DNA from: the human T2T-CHM13v2.0 reference genome, Homo sapiens
Assembly: GCF_009914755.1 (NCBI RefSeq)
Contig: NC_060925.1
Length of the DNA stretch: 64,000 nucleotides
Reading direction: 5' to 3' (one strand)
The position numbers and the translations under genes were made by a program. Each line of letters starts with the position of its first letter. Within the stretch, counting starts at the first letter, position 1. Positions 18,354-31,088 of the stretch are shown piece after piece. Below the pieces are notes generated by a model. That model worked only from the letters and a program-made list of their open reading frames with translations, ran no database searches and was not told the origin of the DNA.

Positions 18354-19291
18354 CTCCAGCTTCTGGCTCCATCTGGTTGGCCACTGACTCCCAGTGGAAT
18401 ACTGTGGGTGTTTCTCCTGGGAGGAAAGTCTCATCGACGGGCAGCAGTCCCTCTCTCTGCCTCCCTGCCTGTGGCTCCAGGGGGCCCCTCTCCATGCTGC
18501 TCTCTGCATACTCTCTGCCTGTGAATAGAGACAGAGTTCCCTGGGTCGGGAAGACCCCGTGGGAGGCAGTGTGGTGGGCAGAATAGAGACGGCCTGGAAC
18601 TGGCCTTCATTTCGGAATGAATGAGTCCAGCTTTGAGCCCAGGAGACCCAGGAACGTGAACTGCAGCTTGAACACTTGAAGACTGGCTGACTTACTCTGT
18701 GACAGGACACCTTGTTTCCACAGAGCAGGCTACTCTGCCGTCACTGAGGCCTCTTAGGCGCATCTGAGGCCGGCTGGGCAAGCGATTGAATGGGGATATT
18801 ATCTTTGCGCGGGGGTGTCCCACCGGTGAACTCAGCCGTGGTATTCCTGACAGAGCCAGCCCTGATTTAGAACAGTGACCACCCAGTTGGGGGATTAAGA
18901 CTTCGGGGAAATTTGTTTTCAGAGAGACTGTTTTGTGGGGCAGGGAGGATGGGGGGGCGGCGGCGTGGGAAGCCACGTCTCTGGTGAATAAGGCTCTGAG
19001 CTGGATAGTTCCAGTGCTCCGGGTCGCAGTGTCACACCACAACAATTGGGAAAATTGTTAGAACTGTAATTTTTAAACTTCTTATTAGTGGGAAAAGGGG
19101 GTTGTAAGTAGAGCCAAGCTGCCTGGACCCCTGCCTTTTTCCTAAGCCCTGGATCCCTGTCGATTCACCAGTGAGATTTCCATCCCATCGAGGCTGAATG
19201 TGATGCTGCTTGTCTCCGTTTTTTGCACCCCTCTGTGTCCCTGCCCAGTGCCACTCCCCAGCTCCTCATGCTGAGCCTCCTTGTCTCCCAG

Positions 19292-19393
19292 ATCTGCCGG
19301 TCTGCCCTCTGCCACACTGCTGCCGTGCTGGGCTGGTCAAAGCTGAAAGCAGTATTTGCAGAGAAAGATGTGTGGAACATTCTTGGAGCCCTG
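19292..19393 (+). pseudogene. MROH3P: MROH3P exon
   Basis: ICRSALCHTAAVLGWSKLKAVFAEKDVWNILGAL; |gtaagc. Confidence 0.85.
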
Positions 19394-20284
19394 GTAAGCC
19401 AGCAGCTTGCTCACTGTCTGCCCCTATGCGAGGGAGGGTGGCATCCCCAGCGGTCTAGGTCCTTTTCCTGCAGCTCTGGGGTTTGCAGCAGTAGTGGCAG
19501 CGGGAAGCAGCAACAGTTCAACGATGAGAGACTCATTAAGCACCTACTTTATGCTCAGCACCTAGATATGGTTCCTGCCCTCCCCTTGTTTCCTGTCTGA
19601 ATTGGGGAGCTAGGCACACAAGTAGACAATCCCAGAATACTTTGGGAAAGGTAAAGGAGGGGTACCCAGCACAGTCTGGGAGTTGAAGGAAGGCTTCCTG
19701 GAGGAGGTGTCATCTTCAGAAGGAGAAATAGAAGGCAGGGTAACACTTAGGCAAAGGGACGGAATCAAGAGTGCAGGCCAAGGTGATGCTGTACACAGGG
19801 GTGTGGAGCAAAGCACTCACTCTGTTCCAGGGACTTTGCACACATTATCTGGTATGATTTGATCCTCACAACCATCCTGAGAAATAAGGGCAGAAGGGCC
19901 TGGTGTGTGGGGAGCTATTAATATAAGTGCCTTGGAATCATTAGAGCAGGGGCAGAAAAGGCAAATGCTTACAAGGCCATGTGGGAAACACTAACCAGAG
20001 GTCAGACTGGGTGGGCCCGGAGGAGAGATGTAGGCCCCAAGGCCCAGCACAGGCAGCCTCCTCAGCATGGCCAGAAACCACACACCGTTGTCACAGCACA
20101 CATTTAGTGACACCAACTTTACTCTCCTAAAGTGAAATTCGTAAATAATATCCTCTACCTTTGCATATTTCCAAAATAAGTAATATAATGCCCTAACGCC
20201 AAAGGAGAAGTGAAAGTAATCTACAACAAAATAATCTGTGTGAATATATGGAACACAATACAGCATAACACAATATAATAATAG

Positions 20285-20678
<394 letters not shown>

Positions 20679-21150
20679 TGATGTGCATGAATCCTTGCCC
20701 CTCTCCATAGAATCAATGTGAATGGATCTGCTACAAATGCAGAATGTTATAGGAGTTGGAGACTCATACCACAAGAAGGGTCACCGTTGGTGATGGGACT
20801 TCCAAAATGATTATATTAATAGCTCCCCCCACACCAGGGAAGTCTGATTAGACCAGAAAGTCTGATGACTTTCTGAACAAGATGAAGTATAGTCTTTGAT
20901 GTCTATTGCAGATGCATTCCTAGAAAATCCAGTATGTAGTTGAACTGTGAAAAAGTTCTCTGTTATCTAAAAAAGCCAATTTCTAGGCATGGATTATTAT
21001 AAGTAGGTTTTTGAGAGACATAAATGTGTAATGGGATATTAGAAATAGGTGTACCCCCACTCATCATTTTGAAAACCATAAACATCCCCCAGTTCCATAA
21101 TTCCCTCCACACAGTACAGTCCCCAGTTGAGAACCCACCAATTGTTTCTA

Positions 21151-21495
<345 letters not shown>

Positions 21496-22462
21496 AAAGC
21501 AGGAAATCCTGATTGGGGTGAAATTTCCCCCATTAATGTTGGCAAATAATTTAAAATGTAAAATGCTGCGTAGATCAAACAAAAAAAAATATCTTCAGGC
21601 TGGCTTTGCTCATGGACTGTCAGTGTGCAGTCCGGTCTGGGCAGGAGACACCAAGCAGGAAGCAGGAGGCTGGGCCACACTGTGCTGTGGAGGTTTGGGC
21701 CCAGTGAGGAGCAGGACTTGAGGCTGTAGGCAAGGGGAGTTGTTGAAGCGTTTTAAGCAAGTGGGTAGCATGGTTACAGAGCTGTGCATTTCACACAAAT
21801 CACCCAAGCTACAGATCAGAGAAACATTCCCAAGGGACGGAATTGGAGCCTGTGCTGGAGAGTGTCTGGGGAGAAATGATGAAGTCAAGAAGACAAAGGC
21901 ATGGGCGGGATTAGCTAGTTGTGGAGATTGATTTGATGTGAACTGTGGAAGTAAAAGTTGCCTCTTGGCTTCTGACATGGGTGAATGCTGGTGTCCTGGA
22001 CTGAGGTCAGAAATACAGAGGGAGGAACAGGTGTGGAGGGGAAGGTGGTGGCTTGATTTTGTGCATGTTGAGCTTGTAAAATCTGTGAGAATGCTAGTAC
22101 ATCTATTCCATTGGAAGTTAGATATGTATCACTGAAGCTTGGAGAACAGGGCTGTGTTTGGTGAACGCTGAGCATACCATTGGGTGGTAGATGGAGATTG
22201 CAACCCTAAGCCCAGACATGCTCTCCTAAGGTAATTGTGTGGTGGGAGGAGTATATGAGTCAACACTGAGATTCCAGGAGACATCAGTTCCAAGGATCCC
22301 ACAGAGGAGACTAGAAAAGGAAACCAGGCAGAAAGTCAAAGGAGGACAACAAGAGAGGAGAGTCATGGTCACCTAGGAAGGACCATGACCAGTTTCAGGA
22401 AGCAGTCAAGGGTACAAAAACCCAAGGGTTTCTCGGGTAACTTCAAAAGATGGGAGAGATGA

Positions 22463-22708
<246 letters not shown>

Positions 22709-23000
22709 TAAGATTTCTTTTTGAAGAAAAGATCCTGTCAAAAGAAGTTGGGAAAAACCATGGATGTAGCCTTCTGTTTTAAGAACTTAGACTGCAGAGT
22801 GAAAGAGGAGAGTTAGGATCAGAGCTAGGAAGGAGATGCAGGAGATGGGGTTTGGGTTAGTGGTTGTTGCAAAGGGAAGGACACATCATCCTTTGAACCT
22901 TCAAGGATGGAAGTCTGATGAATGCAGAAGGGGCTGCATTCCTAGGCAGGCGATGGAGGATATGAAAACACGTAATTACATGCAGCACTGCTAGGCTCTG

Positions 23001-23371
23001 TTATTTTTATTTATTTATTTTAAATATTTTATTTTATTTATTTATTTATTTATTTATTCATTTATTTATTTATTTATTTTTTGAGACGGAGTCTCGCTCT
23101 GTCGCCCAGGCCGGACTGCGGACTGCAGTGGCGCAATCTCGGCTCACTGCAACCTCCGCCTCCTGGGTTCAAGTGATTCTCCTTCCTCAGCCTCCTGAGT
23201 AGCTGGGTCTACAGGCACACACCACCACACCCGTCTAATTTTTTGTATTTTAGTAGACATGGGTTTCACCATGTTGCCCAGGCTGGTGTTGAACTCCTGA
23301 GTTCAGGCGAGCTGCCTGCCTTGGCCCTCCAAAAATGCTGGGATTACAGGTGTGAGCCACTGTACCCGGCC
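23001..23371 (-). mobile_element. Mosaic Alu: old AluS body with an AluYb8/9-type 3' segment and (TTTA)n tail
   Basis: cggactg-cggactg 7-bp duplication at 23112-23125. Confidence 0.85.
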
Positions 23372-23576
23372 TATTTTAAGAACTTTAGATTCGGGGGTGT
23401 GGGTGCTGGCTTGTTACATTGGTATATTGTGTGATGCTGAGGTTTGTGCTTCTAATGTTCCCATCCCCAAGGAGTGAACATAGGCCATAGGTAGTTTTTC
23501 AACTCTTGCCCTGTTCCCTTCCTCCTCTTTTTTGGGATTCTCAGTGTTTATTGTTCCCATCTTTGTGTTGATGTGA
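23372..23576 (-). mobile_element. Older L1PA/L1PB 3' end fragment
   Basis: ttgttacattggtatattgtgtgatgctgaggtttg...ataggtagtttttcaac...ttgttcccatcttt. Confidence 0.7.
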
Positions 23577-23976
23577 CTAAGGCTCTGCTTAAACAGAATG
23601 CTGTAGGCATGATCTTTTGCAACCTAAAGCATATGACTTTGAGATTGAAGATTTAAACTAAGATAGAAATAAACAGGATTTAAGCAACAGGGTTCACTCT
23701 ATTGTTGGGAGTAGGAGAAAAAAATGTATGAGCCAAACAGTGGGGCCAACCTCTTATGAGTTTCATGCTCAAACTGCGTCAAGGCCAGGGAGTATGATCT
23801 CTGTGGCATGTTCAGTCCAGGAAGGCTTCATGAAAGAAAGAAGATTTCAGGAGCCGGGGTAGGAGGGGATGGAGAAGGAGACGGTTTTGACAGATTTTTG
23901 CCCTCAGGGGATGGCTCCAGTGTAATCTCAAAACTGTCTGAGGGTCCCTGCCATAATCTGACACCTTTTCTTACAG

Positions 23977-24079
23977 CTGGATCAGGAGACAAACAAAGCC
24001 CTCTGGTTTCTGAAGCAGTGTGTGGCTCTCTTCAAGAGCCCATAGGTTCCCATCCGCTGGGCAGCTGTGTGGTTTGCAG
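23977..24079 (+). pseudogene. MROH3P: MROH3P exon with premature TAG (24043-24045)
   Basis: LDQETNKALWFLKQCVALFKSP*VPIRWAAVWFA(G). Confidence 0.85.
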
Positions 24080-24655
24080 GTATGGCCTTTTGTCTTCTTG
24101 GAGCCACTGTGTCCTTGTTGTAGGGTCCCTTAAACAGACTGGGCACCCAGGACATGAGGACATACAGAACCCATGGGAATTATGTTGGGTGGTGGGACTG
24201 GAGGTGGGAGTGCCTACCTGTGCCTACATGCTCCCTCCCCTGCAGGAAATTCCTGGTCGGGTTGGGTGGTAATCTTCCTACAGCAGAATGTGCCAAGTCC
24301 TACGAGCCAGCAGAGAGACAAAGGGTGGGGCATCCGGGGTCTGGGAGCTGCTCAGTGGGGGAAGTTCAGAGATAGGTGGGGGACTGCCTCAGATCACCCC
24401 AGGGAAGAGCTCTTCAGGGCAGAGGAAGATCCACTCCTTCACCCAGCCCTATTTGCTTAGAATCCTTGAGAGAAGCAAGGGACACAAGTTTGACTTTATG
24501 GGAAAAGTCCAAACCTGAGGCTGGTGGCCAAGGGAGGGAAAGACAGGAAAAAGGAGGGAATAGTGAGTGTCTGGGAAGGGGGCCAAGAGTACTTGCAGCC
24601 AGGGCCCCACTGATTCCTTGTGGGGCCTCTGAGGTGCTTTTGTGTGCTCCTGTAG

Positions 24656-24715
24656 GTCAGATTATCCAAACCCTAGACTTGGAAGAGATCGATGAAATTG
24701 AGGAGGCATACACAG
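24656..24715 (+). pseudogene. MROH3P: MROH3P exon
   Basis: GQIIQTLDLEEIDEIEEAYT; tgtag|, |gtgagt. Confidence 0.82.
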
Positions 24716-25330
24716 GTGAGTGGCAGCCCAGTCGCCCCCTCCTTGCATCTTTTAGTGGCACCGGTGTTGGTGGGGAATGCTCAGAAGTTAGGAAAAGTGA
24801 GCGGATGGACTCACAAAAATGATCATCCAGACGTGTGAAAAGGCAGGCTCATCCCCAAGGTGCTTAGGTTTTGAGGTGCTGGTCAGAGCCCTCCTGCCCC
24901 ATGTTCACTCACACCCTCACCACCACGGAGCCCATTCATCAGCCAGGAGGGTCCCTTGGGTTTCTTGTAGGAGAGACAGTTTTGGGCTCCCATGTGTGGT
25001 CGAGTCCCTGGCTGCAGCTCTTTTTGAAGTCAGAGAACTTCACACACAGCTATTCTATGGGAAAGAGAGGACGCAGGGCCAGGGAGGGGCAGTGGAGAGG
25101 AGTGAGTGGGTTGGTAATGGGTGTAGGGTCAGGAGCAGGTGGGCCTCGCATCTCCCTGTGCTCATGGCAGCTATGTGGTCTTGCTTGTAATGGAGCATTG
25201 TGGACTCCTAGAAGAAACTCTTGCTCATAGTTTAAAATCCACCAGTCCCGACCCCATTGCCCGGTACATGTCTGCACCACAGGGCCTAGGCCCTCCTACC
25301 CAGCCCACTAGGACTTTCTCTGTGTTTCAG

Positions 25331-25620
25331 CCCTACGGCACATGCAGAGAGACTCCAACCCCACGGTCAGCTGCCTCACCACGCAGACTTTCCATATCCT
25401 GGAAGCCAAGAAGAAGCTGCTACTGGCCAAGCCCCCAACCTCCTGCTTCTGCAGGAGGAGGCCCCAAAGGCACTACTTCTGAGCCTGCATCCTTGAGTCT
25501 CAGATGTAGGCCTGGCCATTAGACCCTGTGACAATGGGGCCAGATTCCTGGGTCCTGCACTAGAAATGGAGGTGTATCCCTGCAGAATCTTTGTAATAAA
25601 AGGAAAAAGTATGCACCTTT
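25331..25620 (+). pseudogene. MROH3P: MROH3P terminal exon (ancestral stop TGA at 25480-25482)
   Basis: ALRHMQRDSNPTVSCLTTQTFHILEAKKK...RHYF*, followed by AATAAA. Confidence 0.8.
25595..25600 (+). terminator. MROH3P polyadenylation signal AATAAA
   Basis: AATAAA ~113 nt after the ancestral stop, with GT/T-rich sequence downstream. Confidence 0.7.
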
Positions 25621-28349
25621 GTGAAAATAGCTATTATGTTGTCTTTCCAGTCAATTCTTGGCCTTCTGGGGTAGAGCCACTTGTAAGCCGCCTTCTTGCC
25701 TATGCACATCTGGGTTAGGCTGACCTCTCCCTGCTCTGCCCCTCTGTTCCCTTCTCCCATTCAGCCATGGGTCTGAGGCCAGAGCCAGCCATTTCTTTTG
25801 AACCAACTTCAACTATGAGCCGAGGGAGAAGTAATGTTGGCACACATGAGGTGTTCTAGAATGCAGTTGTAAGCAACAGAGTCCACTCCAGTTGGCTTAA
25901 GAAGGAAAGTGATTTATTAAAGGATTGTTAGTGAAAAACATCCCAGAAGATCAGAGAGTTTGGGTACCACAGAGCCAGGGACAGCGCTGCTCTATAGAAA
26001 CACCACCATGGCTGGCCCTTGGCACAGCCCAAACCACACCCCAAGCATCAACACTCAGGCCTGGATACTTGCCCTGCAGTGCCCTGCCTCTGCCAGGGCA
26101 GTTTTGCTTTGTTACAAGCAATGATAAAAGATAGATCTTATTAAAAATCTATTAACCGGTCAAGTGCATTGGGATGAGACCCACTTTAAAGACTGTTCTG
26201 ACACCCCCACAAGTCACCCCCTCACTTTGGTCAAGCATAAAATAATGAATACAAGGTAATGAATGCATGGAAAGTAATGGATTCTAGGGCCATCTCTGTC
26301 CCAGGATGATTTTGGCCAACTCTGTTGGCTTCTCTGGGCCTCAATTCTGTAGAATGTAAATTTATAAACAGAGAGTTGGAAAACATTATCTTTGTTTTTA
26401 AAACTCAACTTCAGAGGCTGAGGAAAAGATACCTTTAAGATGCCACCTAGTTCTGACAATTGAATGGCTCTTACCAAATTCTGAGAGGTGCCATTCCCTT
26501 GTGCCTGGGAAAGCTGCCCCATAGCTTATATCCTAAACGGGATTTTTCTTGACACTCTTGCTTTCCAAATTTTCTAAAGTAAGCAGATATTATTCATGTA
26601 ATCTGGAAACAAAACAACACCCCACATTAAAAGAAGAAAAGAGTCTCTTAACCCAGTGTTCCTGTCCCCCACTGCACCCTGCAGGAGCCTTGGCATCCTC
26701 GAGAGACAGGGTGAACTACATTTGGAAAAATTACCTTGTGCTGCAAACTTTCTGGAGGGTGCAGGGAGGAGCGCAGTGGCAAGAAGGAACCAGATGGCTG
26801 GAGTCCACTCCAGGTCTGGCCCGTGACCAGTTCCCCAGTGGCCGGTCTCTGGGTCTTGCCCACACACCCTGCCCAGTCTGCAGCTGGCCATGCCCAGGTG
26901 TCACTTCCTGCAGTTCACAGTGGGCTCTTCTGTCCCACTGTCAGGCAGGATCCTATGCAAAATATGGACCTGTGGGGAGCGAGGGTGGGGCGGGGAGTGG
27001 CATGGGTGATGCCGGGTCAGCCAGCCAAAAACAACTGTCCGCAAGAAGCCACCCTGCTCCTGGGGCAGGAGGCTCTGTGCCTGCCAGCGGGGCTGGCATG
27101 TCAGGGCAACTCTGCCCACTTGTGTCTCCCTCCATGGCTCAGGGTCCCTCTCTCACTCACCAAGGCCTTTCTGTTTGAGGACCAGAAGCCTCTCTAGAGG
27201 AAACCTTCCCCAGGAAGCTTCACCCTCCCACCCACGGTGACTTCTGCCTCCTACAGACTCCAGGAATTCCCTGGCCAGAGCACCTGTCACATCCATAAGT
27301 CTGGACAAACAGCAGGGGACCTGCGCAGGCTGAGGAAGCAATTTGGTTTTATATTTGGGAAACAAAGCAAAGAGAAACCCTATTATATTCCTGATACAAA
27401 TATCAGGAAGTTAAGCTTTTTAATCAGTTGTGGCTGGTGATGAAGATGTGGATTCTCCCCGAGGGGCCTCTCTGCCCAGGGGATGGGCCGGAATCTCCAG
27501 GAGTTGGTGAAACAATTCATGGTTATCAAAAGGGAATATGGGTTCTTAAAGACTGAAAAGCACTGATCTAGGACAAAAATCATGGTGAGTCACAGTGACT
27601 CACGCTTGTAATCCCAGCACTTTGGGAGACTGAGATGGGAGGTAAGGCTTAAGCCCAGGAGTTCGAGACCAGCCTGGGAAACATAGTGAGATCCCATCTC
27701 TATTTAAAAAGAAAAGAAAAGACCTTTGTAGAGCTCTTTTCTTGTATGATCTTTTTATAGTCTTGCCTTCTTTCCATAAGTGGCAAGGGACCGAGATGCG
27801 TTTGGCGTGCACCACGCACAGCGTAGTCCAGGCCCTAGAGAGGTACGTGTTACGTTAGCAAAAGGCAAAGGCTGCTGTGGTTGGGGAGGTCTAGATGCAG
27901 ATCCTGGCTCTGTCCTTACTAGCTGTGATCCTGGGAAAGTCACATCCATCCCGAGACCTTTCTCATTTCATAAAATGAGAATGTCACCTGTCACACAGGG
28001 CAGTGAAGACACAATGAAAAATGCTCTGAACAGTGCCTAGGATATAGCAGTTGGTCCACAAATGCTGCTGCCCACTCTTCCAGCAACTGCACCTGCCTCT
28101 GGAGACAACATATGGAGTCTGGAGGAGAATGTGACGCTCTCAAAGCTCTCTGCTTTCTAACTGGTGAAGCCCCAAACTCACAGCTCAGGAAGTTCTCATC
28201 AGGCTGGGCCCAGCCCCAGAGGCCTGCTGCACCCATTCACCCACCCACCCACCACCACCACCAACTCCCTCTCCAAAGGCCCCAGCCAAAATTCAGCAGC
28301 CCCCTGGAAGGGGACAGGGGACACCTCCACAGACATTGGTCATTCAGGT

Positions 28350-28355
28350 TTTATT
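28350..28355 (-). terminator. KIF21B polyadenylation signal AATAAA
   Basis: TTTATT on + strand. On the mRNA strand UGUA elements lie upstream and G/GU-rich sequence downstream. Confidence 0.8.
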
Positions 28356-31074
28356 TATGACAACTTCTTAGAACACACACATCCAATCTAGGAACAGAAA
28401 TGTACAACATGGGGCTTAAATAACTTTCATACACTATGTACAGCCATCGGCAGAGGTACAAAACATATATACACCTTGTGCTAGTCACATCATGGAGGAC
28501 AGCAGGAGCCTAATGAAGCCTGCAGCCTGGGCAGGACATGATTGCTAGAAAAGAGTTGGTGGGCAGGGCAGGGCCCTGATTCATCTCAGGGGTCTTCTCT
28601 GATCCTCGGCTCTTTGTGGAGGAGTTTCTATTTCCTACTTCCCTGCAAGGCCCTCAGGACATGGTTCACAGGACTGAACTAGAGTGTGATAGGGGCTTCA
28701 AGATCATGAGTGCTGGGGATGGGGCAGGGGACAGAACAAAGGTATCAAAGAAGAAACAGAACTTTCCCTGCAAAATCTGTCCTTGCACACAAGAGGGCAG
28801 GGAAGGATCTGGGAGTCAGGAGAGGAGGGCCAGGCCCAGGAAGGCCTGTGGGGCATTGGCCACTGACCAGGAGGCTATGCCAAGCAAGGAGAGCAGCAAG
28901 CAGTTGCCTGTTTGGGATGGCAAAGGGACACATACCACAGGTCCGGGACACACAGTGGGAAGAAAGTCACTGCTCCTGCAGGGCAGGCTCTGCCCACACA
29001 AACACGATGGTGAACAGACCAGGCACAGGCAACAACCAGGGGATATGCCTGCTCCCAGCCCAGACCACATCGGGGGATGCCCCCCAGAGCTGAGAGCTAG
29101 CAGGGCAAAGAAGTGTTATGTTCCCTAACGTCACTGCAGCCACCTGCTGGTGTCTCCCTCCACCACATCAGGCACATGAGAAAGTCCCCGCAACCTTGTG
29201 TTTTCCCCATGTGGTTTTGTGCTTTAAACTGCCCTCTGCCCAGGCCACACATCCCCAGACAGGCAGCAGGGCTGGACAGCTGAGGGTGAAGAGATTCCTA
29301 GGCTGAATCCAGGGTGAGGCCACTCCCAGACCCACCGCTGTCCCTTCCCAAGGGGCTGAAGGTGGCACTCTGACCACCTCAAAGGCTTGGGTGTGCCAGG
29401 CTCCGCCTGTTAATCTTTCCTCCTTCCTTGGAAATCTCGCAAGGCAACTCCATGCGCTGCCTTTGAGAGTTCTGGCTGCTTCAGAAGAGTCCGCCACTCA
29501 CGTGAAAGCAAATACTGAACTGACTGATAGTGAGGACAGGGCCCTGGCACAGGACTATGCTGAAGAGGCCCAAGGGCAGTGGGGATGGAAGACTCCTTCT
29601 ATCCAGGGAACCCGCTCATAAGCTTCGAAAGCACAAAGTGGGGCTTGACCCAGGAGACTGGGAATCAGTCCAAGCTCTTCAGGCTCACTAGGGCTAGGAC
29701 TCAGCCTGAACTCAGGCGTTTAGAGATTTGGGGTGCGGGGTTTAGAGAGCGCTTTACTCCTGGTCCCATGGCGTAAAGATGTGGCTGGGCCTGACAAGGC
29801 TCAGCCTCCAGTCTTAAGATGGGCACAGAAGGGCAAGAAGTAAGATGACGAGTCCCAGAATTAGGACAAGCCATGAGCCAAGGCCTGGTCTGAGCAAGGG
29901 CAGCCCCCTGTCCCAGACACAGGCACCCCCAATCTCACTTTGGACAGAGCCAACGTGGGGGGATCCTCCCGGGCCTGGGCCTGTCAAGTCTGCCTGCAGG
30001 ACCCTGCCATTGTGCTCAAATCACAACCATTTTGTGCTTCCAACATTTAGGGTGCTTGTGCAGTGAGTGGAGCTGGGGGCCTGCCCCCTAACATGGACCT
30101 TGGACATCCCTGAAAGAGTGGGCAGAGAATCCAACTCTCATGAAGCACAACTCGGGGTGTCTCATGGATGTTGGGCTCAGGGCTCCTGAAGGACTTCAAG
30201 TTTAGAGAGTCAATGACACTTGCCAGGACAGCAGAGCTGGCCCCGCCGTGAGGTAGCTGACCCATCAGAAACAGCAGAAAATGGGCATGATGATGAGCAC
30301 CTCTCGCAGGGCCATAAGATCACACTTCGTGCAAGAACACGCCTTGCAGCTACAGTGCAGTCACCCCAGGTGGGGCATCCCCGGCCCGGGGGTGGGAGCT
30401 CAAGGGGACAGAGTCTTACGTGTTTCTATCGCTTGTAAACAGTCATGCGGACGGATTCTTTCTTACAGGTTGCAAGGTCAAAACTTTCTGTTCAGGTTGG
30501 CGGGGAGGAGTGGGAAGAGATTTGTGGCCACATCTTAGAGCTAAGGGGGTTGCCCGGCACCCCCGGGGTGGCCAGAGGAAGAAGGATTTCCAGCCATTGC
30601 TGACAGACTGTTCAGGTCCCAGGAGACCAGCATCCAAGGGGGTCTCCTTCCTGCTATCAGCTGCCCCAGACTTCAATACCACATCCAGCAGGGCCAGCAC
30701 CAGCAGGACAGCCGTCTTAGCCTCTGTGGCAGCTCCGAGGAGGGCACGGGGAAGGGACCAGGCCTCACTCAGCCTCCACTGGAGCCTGCCTCCCCCCAAC
30801 ACTGGGCGCCACATGGAGAGGGCTCCAAGTGCCCCAGCCCAAGACGGAGAGGAGCCAAGGGCAGAAACACAGAACCACCTCTGGAAAGTCCAAAAGTCAC
30901 TGCGTCCTCTGAAGGGAGGTGGGGCTGGCTCTTGGCTCCCAGACTGAAGCGGGAAGCACAAGACCAGCGATGCAACGGAAAAACAGGGTGGGCAACTTTG
31001 GGTGGGGGTGGGGCGGGGGAGAGGGATGGAGCTCAGTCCCCCCCAAGGCCCACTCCTGTAATTCCAGAGTTCCC

Positions 31075-31088
31075 CCAACAGGGGGCGC
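31075..31088 (+). promoter_or_regulatory. CTCF-like motif in a CpG-rich part of the KIF21B 3'UTR
   Basis: CCAACAGGGGGCGC, one deviation from the consensus. Confidence 0.5.

Noticed and set aside
26549-27197. 209-aa and 153-aa ORFs between MROH3P and KIF21B
   Set aside because: Non-ATG or low-complexity ORFs with no splice structure or recognisable homology.
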